A stretch of 62,817 bases of DNA, filler included, from Aduncisulcus paluster (GCA_024181965.1; 11 parts of 11 records of this genome joined end to end with filler, not necessarily neighbours in it); one strand, 5' to 3'; counted from the first letter of the whole stretch, positions 34,068 to 47,097 are shown. A program made the numbers and translations. The notes: generated from the sequence alone by a model not told the origin.

Positions 34068-34966
34068 TTATATACTGCAATCATACTTTCTCTTCTCCTT
34101 CACTTCAGGAGTGAGATCAAGACCTTCAGCAAGAGATTTCACCGTTCTCTTTTTATCTCTCGAGAGGGTACTATCACTTTTCTTCATATCTTTGATATCT
34201 TCTTTCCTACTTCTTCTTTTCTTTCCGGCAGTTTCAGGTTTCGATTCATCTTCCTCCTCTTCATCAATAGCTCTTCCTTTAATCACTTCCAAAGCCTCTT
34301 GATCAGCCTTAAGATCAAAGTAGGTCGAAACAAGAGTATCGAACAACTCTTTTACACCTCTCTCATCCTTAACGCAAGTCCGTACGATCGGAAGATCGAG
34401 CTCCTTGGCAAGGGCATCACCATCAACCAAAGATACCTCTGAAGAATCCGTGAGAAGATCAATCTTGTTTTGCATGATTACCATGGGAATAGGGCCACAT
34501 TCTTCTTCGACTCGGCTCATCCACTTCTTAATGGCATCAAATGAAGCTCTATCAACAGTGGAGAAAGCAAGGATACACAAAGCAGAACCTCTATAGTAAC
34601 TACGTGTGATTGTGGAAAACACTTCTTGCCCAGCAGTATCCCAGAGATGGAGGGTAACTTCCTCGTCAGCAGATTCACTGTAAAATTCTGTTTCAAGGAA
34701 ATCTGTACCAATAGTTTTTTTATATTCATCAGTGTATTCACCTTTCACAAATCGGGTGATCAGACTAGTCTTTCCTACAGCACCATTTCCAACAACAATA
34801 CACTTAAGGGTGACTGCAAAAAAGAAAAAAATATCATCGAATAATACACAATATAAATAAAGTGAGAAAACAGTCAAGATTTGACGGGATTCAATCATAC
34901 CAAGAGATGTAAAAATCAATCAGCATAATCTATCAAAGAGGGAAACATACGATCAACGTCTTCCAT
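34068..34966 (-). CDS. RAB23: Rab23 GTPase, one intron
   Basis: Exon 34966-34951, intron GTATGT..GCAG 34950-34814, giving MEDVDLTLKCIVVGNGAVGKTS; YKKTIGTDFLE, AFSTVDRASF and QNKIDL are Rab23-type; ends CSI. Confidence 0.9.
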
Positions 34967-35435
34967 ATTAATTCAAATTTTTACAAATGTAAACTCTGTA
35001 AAATGAGCCTGGGTTGTCAAAAACTCCAGGATCAAAAGATCAAACGAACCCACTGGCCAAAAAAATGAGGAAAATACAATACAAAGCATATTTTCATTTT
35101 AAAAATCATTTTATAAAATAATGATCTGATTTATTATCAAAATTAATGCAGAAAAAAAAGAGAAGAAAAAACAACGGGAATAACTTCACTGCTGAGCATA
35201 TATACATGTTTGCAAAGGAAACGAAATGATTGGCGCTTACACATTTCATATATCTGTAGAAATTTGGTATATTTGATTTCAAATTGGAGGAAATTATGAG
35301 TCATAATTTATGAGAGTCACACAAACTCAAAGTTTAGAAATGAACATTATATAATCACATCCTCAAAAATTTAAAGCAATAAATATGAAATGAACATCAA
35401 AAATTTTACATGATCATCGAAGACACATTCATTTC

Positions 35436-37313
35436 TCATGTTATAACAAAAACATCTTCGTCATCATCACCTTCCCAATCAATCCTTCCACGCTCATAAC
35501 ATTCGTTGACAACCTGCTCAACAGCATCGATCTCCACAGGAAATCCGTCTGTCAATATCTCTATCCCATCCCTTCTCAAAGCAATGGTATCTTCCAACCT
35601 GATCCCAAGGCCACGATATTCATCCTTGATATCTGTCCTCTCAATGGGGAAATATAGAGCAGGCTCAATAGCCAGGACAGACCTAAGGGGCAGCTCATCG
35701 TGGGGAGACAATAGAGTACAATCATGCACATCATTTAGTCCTACGTGATGGACAACAGAATGCGGGAGAAATTCCTTGATATCCTTTGCAGAGATCTTCT
35801 GAGAAGGATTCTTAAAGATATCGAGAGCACTACGCATGCCAGGCAGGACGGGCATCAAAGAGAGAGTCAGTGAGTGATAACAATATTGGTTGATCCGAGA
35901 AAGAGTGAGGGGACGACCTTCAGCTAGAGATCTGTTCACAGAACGAAAGATATTCTTCCTGGCTTCAAGAACAGATTCATAGAGACGACGTTGAGGAGGA
36001 GAGAATCGGGTCTGAGCCTGTTGACGATCTTTGCCGGAATAAGTAGAAAATCTTTTCCACGCTTTTTCAAGATCTTTCTTACGCTGCTTCTCGTTCCTGA
36101 CTCGATCGACAGTATGTAAAACTGACTTCTCAACATCAGGGAGAACTGGCCCCACGGGGGAATGAGAAGGCGGCATCTTCAGGAAAGAGTTATCTAACAG
36201 AGCTCTATCTTTTGGCGAAGGATGATATTTTTGATTAAATTGTTCAAGAACCGATCGTCCAGTTTCTGCACCGAAATTTGGGAGAGGAATTGTCCGAGTT
36301 ATATCACATACATATAAATAATCAGGTTCAGCGCAACCAAAATCACACAGAAGCATTTCCCCGCCTTTCAAATGACTATCTCCGAAGACGTGGTGGATAG
36401 TTTTGCTGTTTTCTCCACAAGCGATTACAGAAGGAAAAGCAACATATTGTGCTCCTCTCCGAAGCATTTCATATTCAAGACGGCTACTTATATCCCGTTC
36501 TTTGAGCAGATAATTGGAGAATTGAGGGACGGTTGATGACTTTTGCTGCAACGATAGTGATTTCTTCTTCTCATTTCCGGAGCTGTAGCGTTGGACAACA
36601 CGGTGAGGTTGAATAAATTCAAGAGTCTTTTTGAATGCGTCAGTACTGATCTTTCCAGCCCTACGAATGCAACTGATCTCAAGCTCTGATTTTTGGCTTT
36701 TGAGACAATCCAATTCGTACACCGATGAATTATGATGCACAACAGAGGCATTAATCGTGTCATGCTTACGAGCAAGATCACCGAGGACATCATTCATCTC
36801 AGCAACAGTAAATAGATCTTCTTCGGGGATCATCAAGGATTTCACAATATCTTCCCGAGAAGGTTGGATTCCCCAAAATCTCTCGTATGAATCATCTTTG
36901 GGTTTTTGAGTAAATGCGTAAAATTTCTTAATTTCGTGTGTTTTAGATTCAGAACTATCAAGAGCAGAAGCATCAGTATCTGAGATTTTAAGTCTTAAAC
37001 GGGCTTCAAACTGTTCCATAATACTTTTCTTTGTTTTAACAATTGGAGATTCTGATGAATCGTGATCTTTTTTGGAACTTTCATTTGATTTATCAGGTAA
37101 ATCATACTTAACGAATAAAGTTGCGAGTGATGGATGATTGAAACCTGTAAGATATAATAATGGACTATTTTGACGATATATATGTGGAATTGAACGATAC
37201 ATGTATTGTTGGGGCGTCGAGACGAAGAAATAAGCTGTATTCGAGGGCATGGCATCCAGAAATGCGGCTCTCCGTGCTTCATATATAATAGGATCACCTT
37301 TGAAGTATCCCAT
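35436..37313 (-). CDS. Xaa-Pro aminopeptidase (M24B; PepP/XPNPEP3-like)
   Basis: YRQNSPLLYLTG, LKSQKSELEI, LCDFG, CDITRT, HSVVHHVGLNDVHD, IEPALY, GLGIRLED. Confidence 0.9.
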   Translation of the reverse strand: MGYFKGDPIIYEARRAAFLDAMPSNTAYFFVSTPQQYMYRSIPHIYRQNSPLLYLTGFNHPSLATLFVKYDLPDKSNESSKKDHDSSESPIVKTKKSIMEQFEARLRLKISDTDASALDSSESKTHEIKKFYAFTQKPKDDSYERFWGIQPSREDIVKSLMIPEEDLFTVAEMNDVLGDLARKHDTINASVVHHNSSVYELDCLKSQKSELEISCIRRAGKISTDAFKKTLEFIQPHRVVQRYSSGNEKKKSLSLQQKSSTVPQFSNYLLKERDISSRLEYEMLRRGAQYVAFPSVIACGENSKTIHHVFGDSHLKGGEMLLCDFGCAEPDYLYVCDITRTIPLPNFGAETGRSVLEQFNQKYHPSPKDRALLDNSFLKMPPSHSPVGPVLPDVEKSVLHTVDRVRNEKQRKKDLEKAWKRFSTYSGKDRQQAQTRFSPPQRRLYESVLEARKNIFRSVNRSLAEGRPLTLSRINQYCYHSLTLSLMPVLPGMRSALDIFKNPSQKISAKDIKEFLPHSVVHHVGLNDVHDCTLLSPHDELPLRSVLAIEPALYFPIERTDIKDEYRGLGIRLEDTIALRRDGIEILTDGFPVEIDAVEQVVNECYERGRIDWEGDDDEDVFVIT

Positions 37314-37525
37314 TGCGATAAAAAGCTAAATTATGTTATATCCTTTTCAGAGGGTGGCAAAATCGTGGATTTCAATTTGTTTGAATCTTCTTCGAGTAAT
37401 TAATTGCCTGCAATATTAATAGGAAAAAAAATACATTAATTTTAACTATTGGTGAATAAAAGCTACCAACGAAGTTAAAAACGATAATATATTTATTAAT
37501 ATTGACAACATCGAATTTCCCAGCA

Positions 37526-37599
37526 GCCTACGTAGCTCAGTTGGTTAGAGCGGTGCACTTGTAATGCACAGGTCAGGAGTTCAAATCTCCTCGTGGGCT
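37526..37599 (+). tRNA. tRNA-Thr(UGU)
   Basis: Full cloverleaf: acceptor GCCTACG/CGTGGGC, D stem GCTC/GAGC, anticodon stem GTGCA/TGCAC with loop CT-TGT-AA, T arm AGGAG-TTCAAAT-CTCCT. Confidence 0.97.
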
Positions 37600-37601
37600 G
37601 G

Positions 37602-37607
37602 TTTTTT
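37602..37607 (+). terminator. Pol III terminator (T6)
   Basis: TTTTTT two bases after the tRNA discriminator. Confidence 0.8.
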
Positions 37608-37945
37608 GAATTTGTCGATTTGACCTAAATCAAGGATGATTTTGCTGGTTAAATAGTATTTTATCTTGAAACATTGCACATTTGTCATTGTATTATAAGT
37701 AACTCGAACAAAAAATCAAACATCATTCTTTCCTGATTCTTGGTGATATCAATTTACTCATAAATATGATTCTGAACGGAATTAGTGTTATATCATTAAT
37801 TTTAAATGAATATTATGATTCCTTGAATCGTTTGAGGGAATTAGAAAAACAAACAAAAAAAAAAACAAACAGAGAAATGTCAAAAACAAGTATGAGACAT
37901 TTTCAGAAAATTCTCTCACGAAGACAATAAAAAAGAAAATTAAAA

Positions 37946-38460
37946 CTATTTAGCTATTTCTGCAAGACTGAGGAAAATTTCTTCAAGGGATACTGTCGAA
38001 ACGGTCCAATCATCAATCTTTCCTCGTTTCTGAGCTTGCTCAAGAGAAGACGCCACAGATCCGAGAGACACACCCTTGCTGGGGGCAGCGTATATCATTG
38101 TTGTGAACATTTGATCAACAAGCATGATTTTGCGCTTAACAGCCTTCTCCACTACTTCCTCGGCTTCGTCCATCTGTTCGTCAGAATCACCGGCAGCAAT
38201 GACGGTTACACGATAACCGGTTCCATGCTCAGACTTAATTTCTTGTGCGGTTCCCAAAGCCTTGATTATACCTTCATCCATGATGCAGATTCTGTCAGCA
38301 AGGGCTTCAGCTTCCTCGAGACTGTGGGTATTGAGAAGGATGGTGGGATTGACAACACGGCCATCGGGGAGAGTGACTGTCCTCTTCTTCACATCTTCAA
38401 TGAGAGTCCAGAGGGTTCTCCTACTCTCGGGGTCCAGACCAGTGCTGCACTCATCGAGCA
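37946..38460 (-). CDS. ABCA-family transporter C-terminus, 5'-truncated
   Basis: LDECSTGLDPESRRTLW (Walker B/D-loop), THSLEEAEALADRICIM, terminal SLEEIFLSL. Confidence 0.9.
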
Positions 38461-38675
38461 NNNNNNNNNNNNNNNNNNNNNNNNNNNNNNNNNNNNNNNN
38501 NNNNTTAATTAATTAANNNNNNNNNNNNNNNNNNNNNNNNNNNNNNNNNNNNNNNNNNNNGAGTTAATTTGAAGGCTTCGAATAACACAATTTTTTTTTC
38601 CCGACGTTTGGAATAGGGTGTCAAACGACAACACATCTGGAGAAAAGAGATTTGTCTATTGGTGAGAAATATATG

Positions 38676-39208
38676 AATTTGATGACATTCATGTGAGGAT
38701 TGGAGTGCTGATTAATGAGTCAAACTTTGAAATTCAAAAAGGCTCTTTTGCAGGTGGTATTGGAAACATTAATATAATTATTTTATACAACTTCCAATCG
38801 TTGTTAAATTTGAATAACTTTTTCAATTCAATTTCAATTATTTTCAGTTCAACACAAATTCAGAATGTCTATATTGGATGGAATTAGATTGTTTTTTCCC
38901 AATAAGAATGAGGATAAGTTTTTTATATCAAATGTAAATAATTTGATGACATTCATGTGAGGATTGGAGTGCTGATTAATGAGTCAAACTTTGAAATTCA
39001 AAAAGGCTCTTTTGCAGGTGGTATTGGAAACATTAATATAATTATTTTATACAACTTCCAATCGTTGTTAAATTTGAATAACTTTTTCAATTCAATTTCA
39101 ATTATTTTCAGTTCAACACAAATTCAGAATGTCTATATTGGATGGAATTAGATTGTTTTTTCCCAATAAGAATGAGGATAAGTTTTTTATATCAAATGTA
39201 AATAATTT
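38676..39208. repeat. 264-bp tandem duplication
   Basis: 38676-38939 = 38940-39203 with no difference seen; AATTT junction microhomology. Confidence 0.9.
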
Positions 39209-39464
39209 TATGACCATTATATTAATTGTATTCTTTTGATCTACGATTGGATTCCTCAAATCGCTACTTAGACCCACAAAGAATATAAAATATAATTTTA
39301 AAGTCGATATTTGAAACATATATTGATATTTTATCGCCAATAATATCATCATTATTATCATTTAAGAAGGTCAATCTGATCCATTACAAAACTCGTTGAA
39401 ATCTCTTTCATTTCTTCTGATGAAATATTTTTAAAAATCATTTTATCATTAATTCTGCAATATC

Positions 39465-42400
39465 ATGAGATTTATTCAAAAGTGGCCACCTAAATTCGTT
39501 AAAGTACTGCCTCATGGAGTTGGCATCTCTAACCCCAACATTACCCAAAATGAACCCTCAAAATTGAGCATACTCATTATTATTGCAACATCATTGATCG
39601 TTTTATTCCTCGGACTCTGCACTACCCATCCATTCTCTGCCCGCTCCAGCAGATCTTCTTCATGCGTGCCTACCCGTCGCATTCGACAATCTTCCATAGA
39701 TTCCGATGGAATATCACAAAGTCATCTTAATGATATGGACATTCAAACTGCTCCTCATGGTGGATTCCTCACCTCATCCGAGCCACACTTCCAAGTCATC
39801 CTGTCATTCTTTATCATGCTACCAATGCTTCTATTCATCCCAAAGAGTCACAAGAGAACAAGGAAAGTATGTCAAACTATGGGATCAATGACTATTTCAT
39901 CCTCTTCTAATTGCTCTATTCTTTCAATCCTCATATTCTTGGTTGCTCTTAGTTCTTCTTTCCAGTCTGTCTTTGGCTATGGTTTCTCTGAAGAATGCTC
40001 AATGTATATTTCTGGAGATGATCATATGACATGCAACGAACTGTATCCTGGCCGATATGCAGCCGAGTGTGACGATGGGTATTATTATGATGAATCCTCT
40101 TATACACGTAAATGTGTTTATGATTCTGCAAAGAAATGTCCGTTGTATGTCTCTGGTCATCACATGTGTGTTTTATCCACGGATGAAGATTCGTCTCCTT
40201 CTCTTGGGTGTCGATCTGCCTGGTATGGTGATGATTGTGACCAGTTATATTCTGTACATATCCCTGATAAATTGTTCAGAGAGAAGGTCTGTAGGGCCGT
40301 GGGATATGGTGAAATGTTGTGTGATGTCGCTGAGTTTGAGATGGCTGGGATAAGGTATATTCATGGAAATGTTTCCAGGATTTTAACACTTGAAGGAGCA
40401 CAATATTTGATTAATATTCATGTATTTTATTTCAATTACACAAGCATTACAAGCATCAATCCTCTTCGAAATCTTATACAATTAGAATCTCTAGCTATTA
40501 CCCGATCATATTCACCTAAATCTTTAAATGTTTATGATTTTAATAATTTATTTGGATTTATCAGGTTACAATCGATTTATATTTATGGGAATAGACGAAT
40601 CTATGATATTTCTGTATTGTTTAGAAATATTGGAATGCATATATTATCTATAGGCAATCCCCTCTGTCGTTTAGAATCGGATGATACTTATTGGTCATTT
40701 ATTCGTTTAGTATTTCCTATGCATAATAGTGCTAGCAAGGGACATTATGATTATGGGAAAGAGAAAAATTACCTCCCCAACAGCTGCCCACTCAACGAAA
40801 AACCAGGAGAAACCCCATACAACTGTGACCCTAATATTAAGAGTGAATGCCCCTCGATTGTTCTGAATGAAGTGTACAACAGTGTTGATGGGGTGAACAA
40901 GAAACAGTGTGCATTCATTGCGAAGGAAGGAATCAATGGCGAGTGTTACACTGTTCATGATGACAATATCCGTGCTTTCTTATCCGAACCTTCAAACGGA
41001 TGTCTGAGTAGTTCTGACATTGAAACCAATGGTGTGATCAGTGTTGCTACTTTGAGGAGTTCTTTGAGATGTTCCTCACTCAATCTGTCCACGATTGCAA
41101 GATCTATGGGCTTGTCGTCAGTGAATGATATCACAACTCTTCAAGGTCTTGAGTATGCTCAAGGTACTGATTCCTCAAATAATCCCGTTGGATTGACAAC
41201 TTTAAACATTGATGGGTATGACTTGAGTGGAGATGTCAATCCCAATGCTGAGTATGATAAGTTGGTCGTTCAGATCTTGGCAAAAGCAGTGACGAATTCG
41301 AATTTTTATGGTAACATTGATTCTGGTCTCAGATCTCTATCTGCAAGTGGATGCGGATTGAGTGTTATCAGTGATGTTCTTGACTTGACTCCGATTGTGG
41401 AAGGAGACGATGTCACACAACCCTTCAAGCTAACATCTTTGGATCTTTCAAACAACTCCATCTCTGACGTGTCAATTCTCATCACATCATCCATGTTTCC
41501 TTCCGATACTTTAACATCTCTGAACATCAGTGGCAACTCCATCTGTGACATTGACAATGTTGTATCAACGTTACAATCATATTTCACAAACCTCTCGAGT
41601 ATTGCTTCACATGATCAATCCACATGTCCATGCTCTGACTCTGAGTTTGGCACTGATGTGTCCTTTTCTGCACACAAGACCTGTCGTCAACGCTCTGATG
41701 GTGAGTTCCAAGTTGAGTGCTGGCATGGGTATTTCTTGGATAAAAACACTAATAATTGTGTGAAAGCATGTCCCATTGGGTATATGCTTGATATATCCGA
41801 TGCCACTGGTGAGTCCTGTGTTAAAAATAATCATGTAACTGTTGATAACGCTGTTCGTTGTCAAGTGTGTGAGAGGAAAGACGATGTTGTTGCTGTTTAT
41901 GACTCCAATAGTTCGTCTGTCTTGTGTGGTTCCCCATGTGCATCTGGATGGTATGGAGAAGACTGCTCGAGTGAGTATTCAATTTCCCGTGTTTCCATAA
42001 ATTCGATTATCATCGTCACAATTTCCGGATTGATTATTGGTGGTGGATGTGCTATACGATCCAAAATGCGTAAGAAAGATGATGGTGATGCTAGGGGTCA
42101 TGTATCGGATGGCATTGTTCCTCCTGTTTCTGCATTATCCTTGACTCATGCAGATGATGATATTAGTGTATCCGATACTGATTCTCATTCTCATTCTCAT
42201 TCTCATTCTCGTTCTCATTCTCGTTCCTCCTCTTCGAATTCCCCATCTTCACCACATTTACCCCCAAGCTCATCTTTTCATGGACCAAAATCTGAATCCA
42301 AACCCATGATATCATCTTCTTCTGTGGCTTCATCATCTGTACCATCCTTACACGGCCTGCACAAAGAGGGAAAATATTCAGTCCCAAAAGAAACCAAACA

Positions 42401-42675
42401 GAAGAAACATAAACCCAAGCACGACTTGTTATCGCATACCCTGACATCTGCATCCACGCTGACTTCACAGTGCATCATTGGTAGTGGTGGGTTCGGAGAG
42501 GTTCTTCTTGTTCTTATTGATGTTACTGGCATTCCTTTCCCATGTGTTCTGAAGAAGATGCTTCGGATTGCGGATGAAAAGGTTGTGCAAAAGTGTTGGG
42601 AGGAGTTTAAAGTGCAACTCAAGTTGTTTAAGAAGTTCAACAATCCCAAATGTGTCAACCGTATCCCACGTCCTC
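39465..42675 (+). CDS. Receptor-like kinase: LRR + Cys-rich ectodomain, TM helix, kinase N-lobe; 3'-truncated
   Basis: LRRs (ITSINPLRNLIQLESL, LTSLDLSNNSISDV, LTSLNISGNSI), EGF/furin-like motifs (CRSAWYGDDC, CVKACPIGY, CASGWYGEDC), TM IIIVTISGLIIGGGCAI, then CIIGSGGFGEVLLV..CVLKKM..RIPRP. Confidence 0.88.
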
Positions 42676-43738
42676 NNNNNNNNNNNNNNNNNNNNNNNNN
42701 NNNNNNNNNNNNNNNNNNNTTAATTAATTAANNNNNNNNNNNNNNNNNNNNNNNNNNNNNNNNNNNNNNNNNNNNAATATATCATCGACTTCTTGGCAGA
42801 GAAGCTATTCTTCTGGTTTTCTTTGCTTCTCGAATCGTTCTCACTCTTCTCTGCTCTCTGCTCGATTGATAATAACTAATTCAGTTTATTATTTGTTTAT
42901 TTTTTGTTTATTATTTGTTTTCTTTCGCTTTTAATTCCTTACCAAGATGTCTTCGAAAGGAATTAACAAGTTAGATCACAACTTCTTGTTCGAATCATTG
43001 GTGATCTATGACCCACCGCCCATCCAAAGTGATCGTTAACTCGTTCAGCCCAATGCGTGTTGGATCTCTGCTGCTAAGTTCTAGTTGTAGTCTATGAATA
43101 TTAGTCCTTTATGTTTCAAATGTTGGATAAGTTATCGGATAAGTGTTATCCATCGTCTTCCTGACTCCCGACATTTGTCAGCCATATTTGAATTATAAAG
43201 TTCTTCCTTCATGACTCCAAGATGTTGTTGTAATCCGTGAATATCATCAACTCCCTGACGAATATCCATTATCTTGTCCCAGGTTGTTTTCTGGTGTTGT
43301 CTTGGTTATTAGAACTGTTTTTGACCTCATCCTGAATCACAATTACCGAAAGGATCTCGCTCCAATATATCATAATGGAATTCTGGACCGGTAGTACCGG
43401 CAGCATCAATTTTATTTTCATCAGTAAATATGTGTGTAGCTTTATTGTCAATTATCTCTATAAAAATTACTTAAAGCTAAGAATTTGCCGGTATTTAATT
43501 TTATCCATCTTTATTTTAGAAGTAAGATGATCCAGTACTCTGAGTACTGTACTCAGATAAGGCTCCCAGCTGTCTTGGAAAAGAAATCCGTGTTTTTGGC
43601 TCGGCCAAAAAAGTATGTAATTAATTTTATCCCGATATATTCAATTTATACCGATGATTTTAATGAATGTTAATCATTTTCATGATACTATTATCATTAT
43701 CACCAATTCATTGACTCTTTCGTAGTTGAGCAAATCAA

Positions 43739-46028
43739 ATGGTAAAATTCGATTTTACTGAAGATTTCTCCCGATTACCAACACTGGGGAGATACAAACT
43801 CTCAATGGACGAAATCAAAGCAAAGAAAAATCCATTTGGTGCATCTAAATCTAGTCGATTATCAAATCTAATTGATGAACATCCAAATTCTTATTGGCAA
43901 TCCAACTGTGAAGGTGAATTATTGACGATATCTCCCCATTCTCCGATTTATCTTACCGAAATCTCATTATACACAAAAAAAGCTCAATCTGGTCAGCCTT
44001 ATAGTATTATTGTCTGGTTTACAACTCCAACTGGCTCCACTTATTGCATAAATGGAAATATTAAAAAGGCTACTGGATGGACTCGAATTAACTGTCTTGA
44101 ATGTTTGGGCAAGAAACAAATTTCCCAAATTGAAATTGAAATTAAAAATACTCAATCTCTTTCAAAGTCATTTTTCACCTTGCATAATCTTTCCCTTTTT
44201 GTTGATATGGTTTCTCAAGGGCGACTAATCATGGAGAAAAAGAAAGAGGAAGAAGAGAAAAAGAAAAAAGAGGAAGAAGAAAAGAGAAAAGAGGAAGAAG
44301 AACCCAAAAAAAAGCAAATTAGGCATGATGAATTTCTTGAGTTCATTTCTAGTTATATAATTCCCTTCCAACAAAAGATAACCGACCTTGAAGCAGTGAT
44401 CGATTCCTTACAATATCAAATTGATACTCAAGAGCAAAAACTTGCAGATCAACAGCGAGAGATTGTTTCTCATCGGCAGCTTGCAAAAACCGAACAATTA
44501 GCTTTAATTCGGAAAATATCCTCCCTTCAAATCGAACTCTCATGTGTTTCTTCGCGTGCCAGTGGAAGTGTTGTTGAGATTTCAGATCCTCTGAAATTAT
44601 TGTACGACAACCTCGTTATTCAAAGAAAAGCAATGCGAACCAATGTTAAGAAGTTCGTTGATCTTAAAGATGAAACCAACTGTACAAGTTCGGCTCTCAT
44701 TTCCAAAATATCTCCATATTTGTGGTGCCAATCATCAGAATCGTCAGACAAGGATTGCTCGACTTTTCTTCAATTTATCAGTTTCTTACGATTCCTTTGT
44801 TCTCCTCGGTATATTGATACCCCTTGCGATACATTCGAATCATCTTCCACAACCATTCCAATTACCGGCATCTCCCAATGTTTTGATATCCTTTCTTCAG
44901 ATCTCAGTAGCGTATTAGCAGATCCATCAATTTCGTATCTAAAATCTCTTGGGTTTACTGGCCCCAATATATTATCTCCTTATTTTGTTGTATCAGAATG
45001 TGCCTCTCAAATCTCCAATGTGCCTTGTTTAGTCACCTTGGACAGTAGAATCAATTATCTTGAATCTCTTGCGGCCAAGGTCTGCTCGTTTAAATTTTTA
45101 GACCCCACCAACATTTACTATATCGTAAAAAATGGACAGAAATGCATAACTCAACTAACTCTCTTCCTTTCTTGTGCCGTTGGGGTGACCATTAATGGTG
45201 AAGCTGATTCTGATTGCAAAGACGAATATGTAAGTGAAGACTTAGAATGTGAATCCAATTGCAAAAATGAGCTTTCTCGAGCTTCAATCGATGCTTCCAA
45301 GTTACTTTCTGTTTGTGATCATGTGTCTCCACAAGTGGCCAAGTGCTTGCAACATTTCGCTTCACGCGCTAAACGATTCACCGATCAAGCAAACTTGTAT
45401 GCAACTTCAAGCAAAAACTCCTGTATTCCTTTTGCAGATCTTGTGAAGAATGGTGATATCAGTGATGACCAACCCGTGGGATGGAGGACCAAACTTTTAA
45501 GTACATGTAATGATTTATGGAATTCTGTTCTCACTGAATTAGGAGGATCAATGTCAAACTCTCGAAAATGTTCCTCGACTTCTATGGATTTTTCGACTCA
45601 TCAACAGTGTGATTTTGCAGAAAAAGATTCATCCAAAAGCTCAGATATTGACAAATTGGCGATCTCTTCTTTTCTTTCCGTTTTACCTCTCTGTTCTGAA
45701 AGAATCCACCTTTCAAAAAAGTCTTCGATTGAAATTGACCCCACATCTAAACCCATACGATCTCCATCATCACCAATTTCTTCCTCCGCCTCCCTGAGAC
45801 ATGGCACCACCTCCAGTACACTTAATAATACTATGATAACTATGTGTTCTCTGTCTGTTGGTGAATTACCATCCAATTATTTCAAATCTGTCGATAATCT
45901 TTCTCAATGTATACATGAACTTGGCGAGAATCTGTGCTCACATATTGATTCTTGTCTCTCACAAGCTCATATGACGGATGCAAAACTCCATTCTCTTCGT
46001 TCCCGACTTGAAGGCAATGAATTCGATG
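43739..46028 (+). CDS. DOC/APC10-like domain plus coiled-coil protein, 3'-truncated
   Basis: LSNLIDEHPNSYWQS...LTEISLY...GWTRI...QIEIEI is a DOC/discoidin-type pattern; K/E tract and coiled coil follow. Confidence 0.7.
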
Positions 46029-46128
46029 NNNNNNNNNNNNNNNNNNNNNNNNNNNNNNNNNNNNNNNNNNNNTTAATTAATTAANNNNNNNNNNNNNNNN
46101 NNNNNNNNNNNNNNNNNNNNNNNNNNNN

Positions 46129-46535
46129 TCAGTAAAAACATGGCGTTCAGCATCACTCTTAGAAGAAATTATGGCCTTAGAATCATCTTTTTCCTTTGAA
46201 ATTCCATCATCGGACAATAAATCAGACTTTTCCTTTTCATCAGATTCTTTGGCATTTTCACCATGACTGGCATCACTATCATGGCGTTCAGTTGGTAAAT
46301 CACCAACAATTTCAAATTCTTCATCATTTTCACCTGTATTGGCGTTTTTCAATTGGCTTCTTGTTTGTACCATTTTAACAGAAAAATTTTGGCGTCAATT
46401 ATACAATAAACTTTAGTTTGATAGGATTTTGATCAAAATGTGGCCAAACTAACTATAATGCGGTCCAATTTATTAATAAACAGATCTCGAGCGAACCAAT
46501 CTATTTTTAGAATGTCCCTGAGAATGGTCACCACA
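46129..46535 (-). mobile_element. Candidate 5' end of an LTR retrotransposon: 97-bp LTR and gag-like ORF start
   Basis: 46439-46535 is bounded by TGTGG...CCACA and contains AATAAA; an ORF starting MVQTRSQ begins at 46373 and runs off the contig. Confidence 0.45.
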
Positions 46536-47097
46536 CTCTGACTAAAGATTCAGGAGATAACGAAAATATAAGTGGATATCTATGAAAAACATATTTAAAA
46601 TAATTTTATAATACGTACTGTTCCTCTATGTCTATAAATCCTTTTTTTCTGATCAGTTTTGTGGAAAATTTTCTTAAATGTAGGCAAAATCAAGTTTTGC
46701 AACTTTTCATGTGTCTTATTTTTATTTTTCTTTATTTTTTTATTTCTTTTATTTTTTTAATTATTTTTATTTCTCATCATTTTTTTTATTTCTTTTATTT
46801 TTTTAAGACACATATCCTTTTTTATTTTATGTTGATTTTGTTCTTAATTTAATTTTACCTCCCCCTTTCCCCTAACCCTCTCTTTCTCTAACACGACCTC
46901 TGTCCTCAACCAGACCTGAACCTCCCACAACCCCATGTACTTCGGTGAAGGCGAGTGGGAGTGAAGATGGTCTGGGGGAGTGACAAGTCTTTCCGACATC
47001 CCCCTGCCATTAAGTGGTCACGTTGCCTTCTTCCCAACAGGGAATGGCTGTTAAAGATATTCTTTTTCCCTCTGGGTTTTTTCTTCTCTTTAATAAA

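Noticed and set aside
38676-39208. 264-bp tandem repeat and twin 64-aa ORFs
   Set aside because: Identical AT-rich copies near a contig end with no coding signature; likely assembly artefact.
42180-42222. (CATTCT)n hexamer repeat
   Set aside because: Encodes a Ser-His tract in the receptor's cytoplasmic linker; ordinary coding microsatellite, not telomeric.
42776-43460. Coding-like stretch, possible gene relic
   Set aside because: Only short frames with stops; no recognisable family.
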